A stretch of 64,000 nt of DNA from Alphaproteobacteria bacterium (GCA_045634545.1 JAZRAL010000009.1:6470-70469), one strand, 5' to 3'; counted from the stretch's first letter, positions 26,818-37,917 are shown. The notes: generated from the letters alone by a model not told the origin. Translations and numbers: made by a program.

Positions 26818-27609
26818 TTGAAAAACACAAACAATCAGAAGATTATTATCCCTTTTTGGGGTGGTTGCCTTTACCCTTTTCAAAACATAAAAAATAATTT
26901 CATAAAATTTTTAAAATTAACGTCCTTATTCTCTTTAATAACAACCATTTTATCCTTTGTTTTAGGAAGATCTTTTGCATGCTCTATTAATTTAGATACA
27001 ATATTTTGCTCTTTTTCTCATATAAACTCCATTTCTTCTATAGTTATAACTATCGCTTGCTTATCTTTATATGTAAATAGATGGAATACAACATCTACTC
27101 AAGATATTGCAATCAAAAAGACTTTCTCAAAACCTTATTTAAAAAAAGACCTTAGAGCTCTTTTTATAATTTTTATAAATATATTAGCTTTTTCAACAAT
27201 GGGAGGAAGCATCTATTTGCTAAATCAACGAAAAGTAACTCCAAATTTTAATTTAGAACTTGGTTTATTTATACTATTTTCATTTTTAATAATTTTATCT
27301 TTAATTATTTTAGTAAACAATGTACTATTGCTACGCTTTCTCAATTCAAAGAAATTTTTAAACCTAAACAAGATATTCTGGCCAACATTTGATAATATCT
27401 ATAAATACATTTCCTGGTTTATAATCTTTTTTATATTATTTGCAGTTATTTTAAAAAATATATTTTTCAGTATATTATCATCAGGAGGAGCGATATTACA
27501 CATTATACTTGGAGAGTTTTTTATAAACTTTACTTTATACACAATAATGTCTTTTTGGATATCAAACCTACAATATCAAGAAAAATACTTATTTAAAGAA
27601 GACAAGTAA
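26818..27609 (+). CDS. Hypothetical polytopic membrane protein, 263 aa; probable TTG start
   Basis: aaaggagg RBS at 26805-26812, 5 nt upstream of the TTG. Several hydrophobic segments. No recognised family. Confidence 0.45.
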   Translation: MKNTNNQKIIIPFWGGCLYPFQNIKNNFIKFLKLTSLFSLITTILSFVLGRSFACSINLDTIFCSFSHINSISSIVITIACLSLYVNRWNTTSTQDIAIKKTFSKPYLKKDLRALFIIFINILAFSTMGGSIYLLNQRKVTPNFNLELGLFILFSFLIILSLIILVNNVLLLRFLNSKKFLNLNKIFWPTFDNIYKYISWFIIFFILFAVILKNIFFSILSSGGAILHIILGEFFINFTLYTIMSFWISNLQYQEKYLFKEDK

Positions 27610-28837
27610 AAAACTTTTGACGAATATCTTCATTTGAAACAAGAGATATAATTTCTTCCAAATGCGCGTCTATAAGCATATTAAACGCATCTTCTTTTGC
27701 TATTCCTCTTGATGTTAGATAAAACAACTGTTCCTTATCAATTTCACCCGAGCTTGCTCCATGAGAACATTTTACATCATCTGCATATATTTCAAGCTCT
27801 GGTTTGCAGTTAAGTTCCGCATCACCCAAATATAATGCTTTATGAAGTTGATTGCCTTCAGATTTCACTGCATCTTTTGCAATGTAAACTTTACCTTGAA
27901 AACTAGCCCCACAAGCTTCTTCTAAAACAGCTTTTGCATATTGGTTAGAATGAGTATTACCAACATTGTGATTAACGTTAGTTGTGATATTTGTCAAACA
28001 ACCTTTTCTAGCCTTATACATAGAAAAAACTTCAGCACAAGCATCATTATTATCAAGATTAATCAAAGTCTCATTTCTCGAAATTTTAGCCCCATTTGAT
28101 AAATAATATTGCTTATATTTTGCATTCTTATCAATTTTTACAGAATTTAGAGCTATATGATAAGCATTAAAGCTTTCTTTTTGCACTTTATAGTGATTAA
28201 AACAAGCGCCCTCTTTAATCATAAACTCATTAACAACATTCATAAAATACTTATTATCATTAGAAGATAAATATTCTTCCACTACTTCAATTTTAGAATT
28301 TTTATTTAACAAAAATAAATTATGCACGTTCATCATTAAATTGTTTGCATCATTATTGCGATATTTAATAACAATTGGTTTTTCGATTTTTTTATCAACA
28401 ATAAGACAAACACCTTGCTCCAAATAAACCCCATTTAATGCTGCAAAAAAATTCTTTTCCAAATCATATGTTTTATGAATATATTTCTTATATTCACCAT
28501 CATACAAAATTTCAGCCAAAGATATAATATTAACCCCTTTGGGTAAATTATATTCTTCTATATGAAGTCTTCCCTTGCAAAAAACAACATTTATAAAATT
28601 TTCATCTTCATGATGAACACAACACCCACATTTGCACTCGTCATGAGCATCATCTGTAAAAACATCAAAATCGCTTTCAATAATCTCTTTTACATTAGAG
28701 TATTTCCACGCTTCAATTTTCTTTGATAGAGCATTAGCATTCAAAAACACCTGTTTTGCTTTATTTCTAAGTGCAAAAACAGCTGGTTTATCATCTAAAA
28801 AAAGCTCCACATCTTTTATCAAAGAAACGCATGTCAT
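27593..28837 (-). CDS. sufD: Fe-S cluster assembly protein SufD (SufB/SufD family)
   Basis: 414 aa. C-terminal SufBD-domain sequence ..EQLFYLTSRGIAKEDAFNMLI.. Sits immediately downstream of sufC. The length fits SufD rather than SufB. Confidence 0.7.
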   Translation of the reverse strand: MTCVSLIKDVELFLDDKPAVFALRNKAKQVFLNANALSKKIEAWKYSNVKEIIESDFDVFTDDAHDECKCGCCVHHEDENFINVVFCKGRLHIEEYNLPKGVNIISLAEILYDGEYKKYIHKTYDLEKNFFAALNGVYLEQGVCLIVDKKIEKPIVIKYRNNDANNLMMNVHNLFLLNKNSKIEVVEEYLSSNDNKYFMNVVNEFMIKEGACFNHYKVQKESFNAYHIALNSVKIDKNAKYKQYYLSNGAKISRNETLINLDNNDACAEVFSMYKARKGCLTNITTNVNHNVGNTHSNQYAKAVLEEACGASFQGKVYIAKDAVKSEGNQLHKALYLGDAELNCKPELEIYADDVKCSHGASSGEIDKEQLFYLTSRGIAKEDAFNMLIDAHLEEIISLVSNEDIRQKFFTCLL

Positions 28838-28838
28838 A

Positions 28839-29594
28839 TTATTCGTCCTTTAAAAAAGATGCATAACCATTCTTCTCTAATTCTAAAGCAAGATTTTTAT
28901 CACCAGTTTTTACAATTTTACCATCTGCAAAAATATGAATAACATCAGGCACAATATAAGAAAGCAATCTTTGATAATGGGTAATAACCAAAAATGCATT
29001 TTTTTCATTTCTTAAAGCATTAACACCTTCTGAAACTGTTTTCAAAGCATCAATATCTAGCCCAGAATCTATTTCATCTAATATAGCAAAAGAGGGTTTC
29101 AAAAGCGCCATCTGTAGAGTTTCAAAGCGTTTTTTTTCACCACCCGAAAACCCTACATTAACAAACCTTTTTAACATCTCTTGATTAATACCTAAAGCCT
29201 CGGATTCTTTCCTCAACAACTTCATAAAACTTAACGTATCAAGCTCTTCTTCATTATTGTGCTTTCTAACGGCATTAAGAGAATGTTTCAAAAAATTAGA
29301 AACAACAACACCAGGTATCTCTGTTGGATATTGGAGTGATAAAAAAAGTCCATTTCTAGCTCTTTCTTCAACACTCATATCCAAAAGATTTTTACCCTTA
29401 AACAAAATTTCACCACTTGTTACAACATACCCATCTTTACCACTCAAAACATAAGACAAAGACGATTTACCTGCTCCATTAGGCCCCATTATTGCATGAA
29501 TTTCACCTTCATTAATCGTAAGATTAAGTCCTTTTATAATTTCTTTATCACCAACACAAGCATGTAAATTTTTTATTTCTAACAAATGATTCAT
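28839..29594 (-). CDS. sufC: Fe-S cluster assembly ATPase SufC
   Basis: 251 aa. Walker A GPNGAGKSS. ABC signature FSGGEKKR. Q-loop and H-loop (ITHYQRLL) present. Confidence 0.9.
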   Translation of the reverse strand: MNHLLEIKNLHACVGDKEIIKGLNLTINEGEIHAIMGPNGAGKSSLSYVLSGKDGYVVTSGEILFKGKNLLDMSVEERARNGLFLSLQYPTEIPGVVVSNFLKHSLNAVRKHNNEEELDTLSFMKLLRKESEALGINQEMLKRFVNVGFSGGEKKRFETLQMALLKPSFAILDEIDSGLDIDALKTVSEGVNALRNEKNAFLVITHYQRLLSYIVPDVIHIFADGKIVKTGDKNLALELEKNGYASFLKDE

Positions 29595-29613
29595 TTACAT
29601 TATATCCCAAAAT

Positions 29614-32310
29614 TTAAGCTACTTTTCCATGGCAATGTTTAAACTTCTTACCACTACCGCAAGGACAAGGACTATTTCTAGAAACATTACCCCACTCTGG
29701 ACGCTCAATTTTTACAGTTTCTTGAGCTGTTTTATTTTCAGGTGCTACACCTTCGCCCATAGATTCATGAATAGCTTCCATTTTTTGATTTCTTCTAGAA
29801 TCTTCCTGAGCTCTAACATCTTTTTCACTACTTTGTTGAATAACTGCTCGGCAAACAATTGTTGTTACTTTTTCTTTCAACAAATCAAGCATATCAGAAA
29901 ACATATTAAAAGCTTCTCTTTTATACTCATTAAGAGGGTCTTTTTGACCATAAGCACGAAGCACAATAGTATGTCTCATCAAATCAAGTGTTGCTATATG
30001 TTCTTTCCATAATTGGTCTAAAGTTTGCAAAACAATACTTTTTTCAACCAGTCTAACAATTTCTTGAGGAACATCCTTGTTCTTTTGTTCGATACTATTA
30101 TCAACCTCTTTAATTATTAGCTCTAACATATCTTCGCTATCTACTTCAGGTCTTTTTACCCATTCTTCTAAAGGCAAATTAATTCCTGTAACAGCAAAAA
30201 TATCCTGTTTTAATTTTGCAACATCCCACTCTTCAGGTACACTACCCATAACAATATTATTACAAACAATAGAAGCCAAATAATCATGACGCATATCAAT
30301 AACAGTTTCAGAAATATCATTAATAGACATGATTTCTTTTCTTTGTTCATAAATAACCTTACGTTGGTCATTCATAACATTATCATATTTCAACAAACTT
30401 TTACGAATATCAAAGTTACGCTCTTCTACTCTTTGTTGTGCCTTTTCTAAAGCTTTACTAATAAATGGATGAACAAGAGCTTCCCCTTCTGGCAAACCTA
30501 AACGTCTTAACATATCAGACATACGTTCAGACCCAAAGATTCTCATTAAATCATCTTCCAAAGATAAGAAAAATTTAGAACAACCAGGGTCACCTTGACG
30601 ACCAGAACGACCTCTTAATTGATTATCGATTCGTCTGCTTTCATGACGTTCTGTTCCAAGAATATATAAACCACCAGCACTTAAAACTTTTTCTTTATTT
30701 ATCTTTATTTCTTCTTCAATTTCTTTCTTTAAAGCATCAATTTCAGCTTCAGCTTCATTACCTGTTAAACGTTTATTCAAAGCAACTTGAGGATTACCTC
30801 CAAGCTGAATATCAGTACCACGACCAGCCATATTTGTTGCAATTGTTACAGCACCAAATCGTCCTGCTTCAGCTACAATCATTGCTTCACGTTCGTGATG
30901 TTTTGCATTCAAAACTTCAAACTTAATATTTGTCTGTGTTTTTAACAAATTAGCAATAGCTTCTGACTTTTCAACAGAAGTTGTACCAACCAAAACAGGT
31001 TGACCTTTAGCATTACAAGCCTTAATTGTCTCAACAATCGCTTTATACTTCTCAGCAACGGTTCTATAAATAAAATCTTCCTCATCTTTTCTCAAAACAG
31101 GACGATTCGTTGGAATTTCAACACATGACAAATTATAAATATCAGAAAACTCTGCTTCTTCTGTCATTGCTGTACCTGTCATACCAGCAAGTTTAGGATA
31201 TATTCTAAAGTAGTTTTGGAAGGTAATAGAAGCAAGAGTTTGGTTTTCAGATTGAATTTCAACACCCTCTTTTGCCTCTAAAGCTTGATGAAGACCATCG
31301 CTATAACGACGTCCTTCCATAACCCTTCCTGTAAATTCATCAATAATCATCACCTTATTATCTCTAACAAGATAATCAACATCTCTTTCAAACATAATAT
31401 TTGCACGCAATGCTTGATTTACATGATTAACCAAAGACACATTCTTTATATCATACAATCCCCCTTCAGCAATCAATCCAGCTTTTTTCAAAAGCTCTTC
31501 AACATGTTCCATACCAGTTTCAGTAAGAGTAACATTCTTAGCTTTTTCATCTTTTTCATAATCACTTGCGTTAATATCTTTAATAACTCTATTAACAAGT
31601 ACATATTTTTCAGATGAATCTTCGGCTGCACCAGAAATAATCAATGGTGTTCTTGCTTCATCAATCAAAATAGAGTCTACCTCATCTACGATAGCATAGT
31701 TAAAATCACGTTGTACACGCTCATCTAAAGAAAACTTCATATTGTCACGAAGATAATCAAAGCCTAATTCATTATTTGTACCATATGTAATATCCGCATT
31801 ATATGCAGCTTTACGTTCATCATCATTCTTTTCATGCACAATATAATCAACCGTTAAACCAAGAAAACGATAAACCTGTCCCATCCATTCAGCATCACGC
31901 TTTGCTAAATAGTCATTTACAGTAACAATATGCACACCTTTTTGTTCAATAGCATTCAAATAAGCAGCTAATGTTGCAACTAAAGTTTTACCCTCACCGG
32001 TCTTCATTTCAGAAATCATACCTTTGTGTAAAACAATACCACCAATGAGCTGAACATCATAGTGTCTTTGACCAAGAGTTCTTTTTGCAGCTTCTCTAAC
32101 TGTTGCAAATGCCTCAGGTAAAATATCATCTAACGTCTCACCTTCTTTAAGACGAGAGCGAAACTCTAAGGTTTTAGCTTTTAATTCTTCATCAGAAAGT
32201 TTTACAAAACTCTCTTCCAATGCATTAATTTGTTCTACAATTTTATTTTGTTTTTTTACAAAACGATCATTAGCTGATCCAAAAATCTTACGTGCAATAT
32301 CTGTTAACAT
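29614..32310 (-). CDS. secA: Preprotein translocase ATPase SecA
   Basis: 898 aa. The C-terminal zinc finger [14 protein letters not shown] and the DEAD-like motor motifs are present. Confidence 0.95.
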   Translation of the reverse strand: MLTDIARKIFGSANDRFVKKQNKIVEQINALEESFVKLSDEELKAKTLEFRSRLKEGETLDDILPEAFATVREAAKRTLGQRHYDVQLIGGIVLHKGMISEMKTGEGKTLVATLAAYLNAIEQKGVHIVTVNDYLAKRDAEWMGQVYRFLGLTVDYIVHEKNDDERKAAYNADITYGTNNELGFDYLRDNMKFSLDERVQRDFNYAIVDEVDSILIDEARTPLIISGAAEDSSEKYVLVNRVIKDINASDYEKDEKAKNVTLTETGMEHVEELLKKAGLIAEGGLYDIKNVSLVNHVNQALRANIMFERDVDYLVRDNKVMIIDEFTGRVMEGRRYSDGLHQALEAKEGVEIQSENQTLASITFQNYFRIYPKLAGMTGTAMTEEAEFSDIYNLSCVEIPTNRPVLRKDEEDFIYRTVAEKYKAIVETIKACNAKGQPVLVGTTSVEKSEAIANLLKTQTNIKFEVLNAKHHEREAMIVAEAGRFGAVTIATNMAGRGTDIQLGGNPQVALNKRLTGNEAEAEIDALKKEIEEEIKINKEKVLSAGGLYILGTERHESRRIDNQLRGRSGRQGDPGCSKFFLSLEDDLMRIFGSERMSDMLRRLGLPEGEALVHPFISKALEKAQQRVEERNFDIRKSLLKYDNVMNDQRKVIYEQRKEIMSINDISETVIDMRHDYLASIVCNNIVMGSVPEEWDVAKLKQDIFAVTGINLPLEEWVKRPEVDSEDMLELIIKEVDNSIEQKNKDVPQEIVRLVEKSIVLQTLDQLWKEHIATLDLMRHTIVLRAYGQKDPLNEYKREAFNMFSDMLDLLKEKVTTIVCRAVIQQSSEKDVRAQEDSRRNQKMEAIHESMGEGVAPENKTAQETVKIERPEWGNVSRNSPCPCGSGKKFKHCHGKVA

Positions 32311-32482
32311 TTTTCTACCTTATATATTTTATCCTTATAGCTACATTTAGTGTTTATATGAAATAAAGTCAATACTATCAACAAAAGTTATAAACTCAAT
32401 TAAAAAATACTTGGAATATTTTATAAATAAGTATATATGTATAAAAGAATTAAAAATAAAACTTTTATTTTGGAGGTATTTT

Positions 32483-33334
32483 ATGAAAAAGAGACTTGTT
32501 GGTTTTGTTATAACCGCTGTTGCTGTAGTAGTTGTTGCTGTAGCATCATTTGTATCTTTTAAAGTATATAATGCAAACGCTGGAGCAAACAAAGGTATTG
32601 CTGCCAAAATTAACGGCGAAACAATTTATATTAACGATTTAAAACAAAGTTATGCAGATCATCCACAGATTAAAGATAGAGTTCCTTTTGAAGAATTCTA
32701 TGCAAAAACTTTAGACGTTTTTGTAAACTCTAAATTAGTTTACCAAGCTGCTAAAGCCGCAAAAATTGAAGAAACACCAGAATTTAATCGTCAATTAGTA
32801 ACAGCTAAAGAAGATTTAGCTCGTAAACTATATTTAGAAAAAATGGTTGCAGAAAAAGTAACAGATGAAGAAATTAAAAAATTATACAACGAATACACTT
32901 CAAAGTTTGAAAGCCAAAAAGAAGTAAAAGCAAAACACATCTTGGTTGATACAGAAGCAAAAGCTAAAGAAGTTATCGCAAAACTTAAAAAAGGTGAAGA
33001 CTTCGAAAAATTAGCTAGTCAATATTCAAAAGACCAAGTTGCAGATTTAGGATACTTCACAAAAGAAATGATGGTTCCAGAATTTTCAAAAGCAGCATTT
33101 TCTATGAATAAAGGCGAATACTCTAAAACTCCTGTTAAAACAGAGTTTGGATATCATGTAATTTTGGTAGATGATGCTAGAGCATCTAAACCATTAGAAT
33201 TAAAAGACGTAGAACCACAATTAAAAAATATGGTAACACAAAAAGTAGTTGCTGAAATTTTTGAAGAATTACGCAATTCTGCAAAAATTGAAAAATATAC
33301 TCTTGAAGGTGAAGAAATCACAGAAAAGAAATAA
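32483..33334 (+). CDS. Parvulin-type peptidyl-prolyl cis-trans isomerase (PpiC/SurA-like) with an N-terminal membrane anchor
   Basis: Start chosen at MKKRLVGFVITAVAVVVVAVA, with RBS ggaggt 5 nt upstream. The PpiC domain reads ..VKAKHILV..GEDFEKLA..LGYFTKEMMVPEF..FGYHVILV. Confidence 0.75.
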   Translation: MKKRLVGFVITAVAVVVVAVASFVSFKVYNANAGANKGIAAKINGETIYINDLKQSYADHPQIKDRVPFEEFYAKTLDVFVNSKLVYQAAKAAKIEETPEFNRQLVTAKEDLARKLYLEKMVAEKVTDEEIKKLYNEYTSKFESQKEVKAKHILVDTEAKAKEVIAKLKKGEDFEKLASQYSKDQVADLGYFTKEMMVPEFSKAAFSMNKGEYSKTPVKTEFGYHVILVDDARASKPLELKDVEPQLKNMVTQKVVAEIFEELRNSAKIEKYTLEGEEITEKK

Positions 33335-33351
33335 TTTTTACAAAAACCAAC

Positions 33352-33385
33352 ATAAAAAGCCCCAAACAATGGGGCTTTTTATTTT
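33352..33385 (+). terminator. Rho-independent terminator of the ppiC-like gene
   Basis: aaaAGCCCCaaacaatGGGGCTttttatttt. Confidence 0.55.
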
Positions 33386-33498
33386 ATAATCAAAATTTTC
33401 TTGATTTTTAAAATATTTCATACTAAAACGTACGACGTAAACAGCACCCCTGGAGGTTGTTTATAAAAAAATAAAACATAAATAAAAGGATTAAAAAA

Positions 33499-33789
33499 AT
33501 GTCAGATATTACATTTAATGCAAATTTACGTGAAAAAGCAGGTAAGGGGGCAGCTCGCGCATGTCGTAAAGAGGGTCGCGTTCCTGCAGTTATCTATGGT
33601 GGTAAAAAAGACGCTCTTAACATCAGTCTTCACCCAGTAGAATTAGAAAAAGCTTTAGATTTGAGCGATTTCTATAAATCTGTTATAACTGTTGTTGTAA
33701 ACGGCAAAAACGAAAAGGTTATCTGCAAAGATGTTCAATTCCATCCTGTATCAGATATGCCTATTCACGTTGACTTCTTACGTAAATAA
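33499..33789 (+). CDS. rplY: 50S ribosomal protein L25 (short form, N-terminal domain only)
   Basis: 96 aa with the L25/Ctc N-terminal domain. Followed by pth and ychF, the conserved L25-pth-ychF order. Confidence 0.8.
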   Translation: MSDITFNANLREKAGKGAARACRKEGRVPAVIYGGKKDALNISLHPVELEKALDLSDFYKSVITVVVNGKNEKVICKDVQFHPVSDMPIHVDFLRK

Positions 33790-33799
33790 GGAATAAAGA

Positions 33800-34372
33800 A
33801 TGTTTTTGGTGGTAGGATTAGGAAATCCCGGAGAGGAATATTCTAAAACCCGCCATAACATAGGATTTATGGCGGCTGATGAAATTCACAGTCGCCATAA
33901 TTTTTCACCATTTAAACAAAAGTTTGATGGTTTAATAGCAGAAGGCTCTATCGGGAAAGAAAAAGCTCTTTTATTAAAACCACAAACATATATGAACCTA
34001 TCAGGCAACTCCGTACAAAAAACTGCAAAGTTTTACAAAATCCCCCCTCAAAACATCGTTGTTATACATGATGATAAAGACCTTGCCCTAGGTAAACTAA
34101 AGGCCAAACGAGGTGGAAGTGCCGGCGGACATAACGGATTAAAAAATATCGATTCTCAAATAGGCAATGAATATAATAGAATTCGTATTGGTGTTGGCTC
34201 CCCAAAAGAACATAATACTGATACAATAAACTTTGTTTTATCTAGATTCTCAAAATCAGAATTACAAATTCTAGAGCCAAAATTAGAATTTATTGCATCA
34301 TCAATTACCGAACTAGTAGAAAAAGGTATAGATAGCTACTCAAACACAATCGGTATGTACAACGCAAAATAA
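33800..34372 (+). CDS. pth: Peptidyl-tRNA hydrolase
   Basis: 190 aa. N-terminus FLVVGLGNPGEEYSKTRHNIGF is the Pth signature. Confidence 0.9.
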   Translation: MFLVVGLGNPGEEYSKTRHNIGFMAADEIHSRHNFSPFKQKFDGLIAEGSIGKEKALLLKPQTYMNLSGNSVQKTAKFYKIPPQNIVVIHDDKDLALGKLKAKRGGSAGGHNGLKNIDSQIGNEYNRIRIGVGSPKEHNTDTINFVLSRFSKSELQILEPKLEFIASSITELVEKGIDSYSNTIGMYNAK

Positions 34373-34462
34373 TCTAACTTTTTATATAAAAATTCTTATT
34401 GCAAAACAAAGTTATCTCCTATATAACACTAAAAAATTAAACAATCTTTTAGGAGTAATAAA

Positions 34463-35575
34463 ATGGGATTTAATTGTGGTATTGTTGGTCTTCCAAACGT
34501 TGGCAAATCCACACTTTTTAATGCTTTAACACAAACAATACAAGCTCAAGCAGCAAACTTTCCTTTCTGCACAATAGAACCAAACACTGGTCGAGTTGCT
34601 GTGCCAGATAACCGTTTACAAGAATTAGCAAAAATTGTTAATCCTAAAAACATTATTCCTACACAACTAGAATTTGTGGATATTGCAGGTCTTGTAAAGG
34701 GTGCATCAAAAGGTGAAGGCTTAGGAAACCAATTTCTTGCCAATATTCGTGAAACAGATGCAATCATTCATGTTTTACGTTGTTTTGATGATGGAAACAT
34801 AACCCATGTTGAAGGTTCTGTTGACCCGATTCGTGATGCAGAAATTGTTGAAACAGAGCTTATGATTGCAGACCTTGAATCTTTAGAAAAGCGCTTTGAA
34901 CAAACAAAGAAAAAAGCTCAAACAGGTGGAGATAAAGAAGCTGGCCTAAGAGCAGAAGTAATGGAACCAATAATAAACGCACTAAGAGAAGGAAAACCAG
35001 CAAGAACCGCAGCTCCAGACCCTGCAAATAAAGATGCTTACAAACAATATCAAATGCTACAATTACTAACCTCAAAACCTGTTTTGTATGTATGTAATGT
35101 AGATGAAGACAGCGCATCTTCAGGAAATGAATATTCAAAGAAAGTTTTTGAAAAAGCATCTTCAGAAAATGCCAAAGCAGTTATAATTTCAGCCGCAATA
35201 GAATCAGAAGTTGCTCAATTAGATACCCAAGAAGAAAAACAAGAATTTTTATCAGCACTTGGCTTAGAAGAAACTGGTTTAACCAAAATTATCAAAGCAG
35301 GCTATGCTCTATTAGGCTTAGAAACATACTTTACTGCTGGACCAAAAGAAGTTCGTGCATGGACATTCCTAAAAGGCTCAAAAGCGCCACAATGTGCCGG
35401 CATAATTCACTCAGATTTTGAAAGAGGTTTCATTAGAGCCGAAACAATTGCTTATGATGATTATATCAAATTTGGAGGCGAACAAGGTTGTAAAGAGGCT
35501 GGCAAAATGCGCTCCGAAGGAAAAGAATATGTTGTAAAAGATGGTGATTTACTAAACTTCTTATTCAATGTATAA
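34463..35575 (+). CDS. ychF: Ribosome-binding ATPase YchF (Obg-like GTPase family)
   Basis: 370 aa. G1 motif GIVGLPNVGKSTLFNALT. C-terminal TGS domain present. Confidence 0.9.
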   Translation: MGFNCGIVGLPNVGKSTLFNALTQTIQAQAANFPFCTIEPNTGRVAVPDNRLQELAKIVNPKNIIPTQLEFVDIAGLVKGASKGEGLGNQFLANIRETDAIIHVLRCFDDGNITHVEGSVDPIRDAEIVETELMIADLESLEKRFEQTKKKAQTGGDKEAGLRAEVMEPIINALREGKPARTAAPDPANKDAYKQYQMLQLLTSKPVLYVCNVDEDSASSGNEYSKKVFEKASSENAKAVIISAAIESEVAQLDTQEEKQEFLSALGLEETGLTKIIKAGYALLGLETYFTAGPKEVRAWTFLKGSKAPQCAGIIHSDFERGFIRAETIAYDDYIKFGGEQGCKEAGKMRSEGKEYVVKDGDLLNFLFNV

Positions 35576-35584
35576 TAACTAACA

Positions 35585-35620
35585 AAAAAGAGCGCTTTTT
35601 TAAGCGCTCTTTTCTTTTGT
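35585..35620. terminator. Bidirectional terminator hairpin between ychF (+) and trxB (-)
   Basis: aaaAGAGCGCTTttttAAGCGCTCTtttctttt. Confidence 0.5.
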
Positions 35621-35630
35621 AATACAACTA

Positions 35631-36566
35631 CTACTCATTATCCAAAAATTCAACAGCATCCATAGCAGCCATAGCACCGCTACCTGCAGAAATCACAGCT
35701 TGTTTATATTTAGGATCTTTCACATCACCTGCTGCAAACACACCTTCAACATCTGTTTCTGAACTATTATCGTGAGTAACAATATATCCTTTACTATCAA
35801 GCACAAGGTTGCCTTTAAATATATCAGTATTAGGTTTATGGCCAACCGCTACAAAAACACCATCTAAAGCAATCTCTTTTACAACATCACTTTCAACGTT
35901 TTTAATTTTAATACCAGTAACTTTCTTAGGTTCATCTTGTCCCAAAATTTCTTCAACAACACTATTCCACTCAACAACAATTTTCTTATTATTAAGTACT
36001 CTATCTTGTAAAATTTTATCTGCTCTTAATTGGTCTCTTCTATGAACTAAAATTACTTTATCCGCAAGAGTTGCTAAATAAAGAGCCTCTGCCACAGCAG
36101 AATTACCACCGCCAATCACAGCAACTGTACGTCCTCTATAAAAGAAACCATCACAAGTAGCACAAGCAGAAACACCATAACCTAAATATTTTTTCTCAGA
36201 CTCAAGATTCAACCATTTTGCAGAAGACCCTGTCGCAACAATAATAGCTCTTGCTTTATAAGAGTGTCCATTTTCAGAACTACAAACAAACGGTCTATTA
36301 GAAAAATCAACTTCAACAATATAGTCATTAACAAATTCAACACCAAGTTTTATAGCTTGTTGCTTCATTTTATCCATTAATTCATATCCGCTAATGTCTT
36401 CAAAACCTGGAAAATTCTCAATACTTGCTGTCATTGTTAATTGTCCACCTTCTTGATTGCCAGAAACAATCATAACCTTAATTCCAGCACGAGCTGCATA
36501 AATACCCGCAGTATATCCTGCAGGACCAGAACCCAAAATTAACAAGTCAGTAGTATAAAGTGCCAT
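35631..36566 (-). CDS. trxB: Thioredoxin-disulfide reductase
   Basis: 311 aa. Redox-active CATCDG motif. FAD and NADPH GxGxxG/A motifs present. Confidence 0.9.
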   Translation of the reverse strand: MALYTTDLLILGSGPAGYTAGIYAARAGIKVMIVSGNQEGGQLTMTASIENFPGFEDISGYELMDKMKQQAIKLGVEFVNDYIVEVDFSNRPFVCSSENGHSYKARAIIVATGSSAKWLNLESEKKYLGYGVSACATCDGFFYRGRTVAVIGGGNSAVAEALYLATLADKVILVHRRDQLRADKILQDRVLNNKKIVVEWNSVVEEILGQDEPKKVTGIKIKNVESDVVKEIALDGVFVAVGHKPNTDIFKGNLVLDSKGYIVTHDNSSETDVEGVFAAGDVKDPKYKQAVISAGSGAMAAMDAVEFLDNE

Positions 36567-36576
36567 AATAGCCTCC

Positions 36577-37287
36577 CTAGTTTAATAGTTTTAATGTTTT
36601 TTCACGTAAATCTCTTACTCTTTTTACCTTATCGCTATCCCCTAATAATTCATATATTGCTATTAACTGACTACACACATATAAAGTATCTTGATATTTA
36701 GTATAAAAGCTCTCATCTTGACGCATTACTTCATCTAACGCTTTTTCTAAAAACAAAACCTTTATTTGCGGAATTTCTGCTGTTTTAGCAAGTAACATAT
36801 ATGCCGCAAATTTATCTTTTTCATTGTGATTTTCAGCCCAAGATTCTTCAATTTTTACTAAAGACTCTTCATCACCAATATAATAATATATATCCTTTAA
36901 AGCTAATAGCGCTCTATTTCTTTCTTCAGGATAACGAGCATACAAAAGAGATTGGTTATAATACCCTACTGCTAGGAAGTATTTACTATTATCTTGACTT
37001 TGTAAAGCCTCTTCATAATAAATATCGCCAAGTTTTACATAAATCCAAAATAATATAGTTCTAATATTTGGTGAAACACTTTCATTTTGTTGTAAAAACT
37101 TTATATAAAAATTCAAAATGACATTATATTGCACAATTTTAGCATCATTTGATAAAAACGATTCTCTTTCTTGCACAATTTTATATAAGTTAAAAAACTT
37201 ATTTTCACTATTTTGAGTTTTTAAATTTGCTTTATCACCCATATTTTCACCACAATAAATTACAAAACACCGCCTGTTGTTAAACAA
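36577..37287 (-). CDS. Hypothetical helical-repeat (TPR-like) protein. The start is uncertain and may be the internal Met at 37242.
   Basis: 236 aa, alpha-helical repeat-like (YY..AL..Y pattern). The 28-nt overlap with the upstream ORF disappears if the start is MGDKANLK at 37242. Confidence 0.45.
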   Translation of the reverse strand: MFNNRRCFVIYCGENMGDKANLKTQNSENKFFNLYKIVQERESFLSNDAKIVQYNVILNFYIKFLQQNESVSPNIRTILFWIYVKLGDIYYEEALQSQDNSKYFLAVGYYNQSLLYARYPEERNRALLALKDIYYYIGDEESLVKIEESWAENHNEKDKFAAYMLLAKTAEIPQIKVLFLEKALDEVMRQDESFYTKYQDTLYVCSQLIAIYELLGDSDKVKRVRDLREKTLKLLN

Positions 37288-37535
37288 TAGTCCTCACTAT
37301 TTAGTGCATACTTTTTATGTACAGGGCACTTCATACACAAACACCCTAAATTTTCATGAATACAATCACTTTTTTCAAAAGCACAAAACATCATCTCAAA
37401 GTGCCCTAATTTACTCATATCAATCTTATCATCAATCTCTTTGTAAGCATTCTTTTTCTTACAAAATTTAGTATAAGAAGGACACTCCAAGCATAAACAT
37501 TCTTTTAGATTTTCAATACTTTTCTCTACATGCAT
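37260..37535 (-). CDS. Small cysteine-rich protein with two C-x-C-x2-C-P motifs (putative metal-binding)
   Basis: 91 aa with 10 Cys. CLCLECPSYTKFC and CLCMKCPVHKK form an internally duplicated motif. First gene of an apparent operon that also contains the TPR-like gene and trxB. Confidence 0.5.
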   Translation of the reverse strand: MHVEKSIENLKECLCLECPSYTKFCKKKNAYKEIDDKIDMSKLGHFEMMFCAFEKSDCIHENLGCLCMKCPVHKKYALNSEDYCLTTGGVL

Positions 37536-37626
37536 ATTTTATCTCCTTATAAATTCATACAAAAAATAAATATGCAAAATTTTACTCAAAACAAGTATAC
37601 TTAAGCTTTATTTAGGTTATATACTC

Positions 37627-37917
37627 CTAAACTCTAATAAATTTACCTTCAACAATTGGTGGTAAAAAATAGTTTTTAACCCCTGGCAAAAAAGAAATTT
37701 TATCAACCCTAGCAAACAATGGACCTCGATAACAAGCCTCAATCATTTTATTTATATTATCATCATCTCCACTCATTAAAATCTCTACACTACCATCGTC
37801 TTCATTTCGAACCCAACCAGAAATTCCACCAATTTCAATAGCTTTAGAAACAGCCCATCTTCTATAACCAATTCCTTGAACTCGGCCATCAATCTTCAAA
37901 TATACTTCTTTTACCAT
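37627..37917 (-). CDS. acyP: Acylphosphatase
   Basis: VYLKIDGRVQGIGYRRWA..GWVRNEDDGSVEI matches the acylphosphatase signatures. Start taken at MVKEVY; the longer ORF start at 37968 is probably an upstream extension. Confidence 0.75.
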   Translation of the reverse strand: MVKEVYLKIDGRVQGIGYRRWAVSKAIEIGGISGWVRNEDDGSVEILMSGDDDNINKMIEACYRGPLFARVDKISFLPGVKNYFLPPIVEGKFIRV

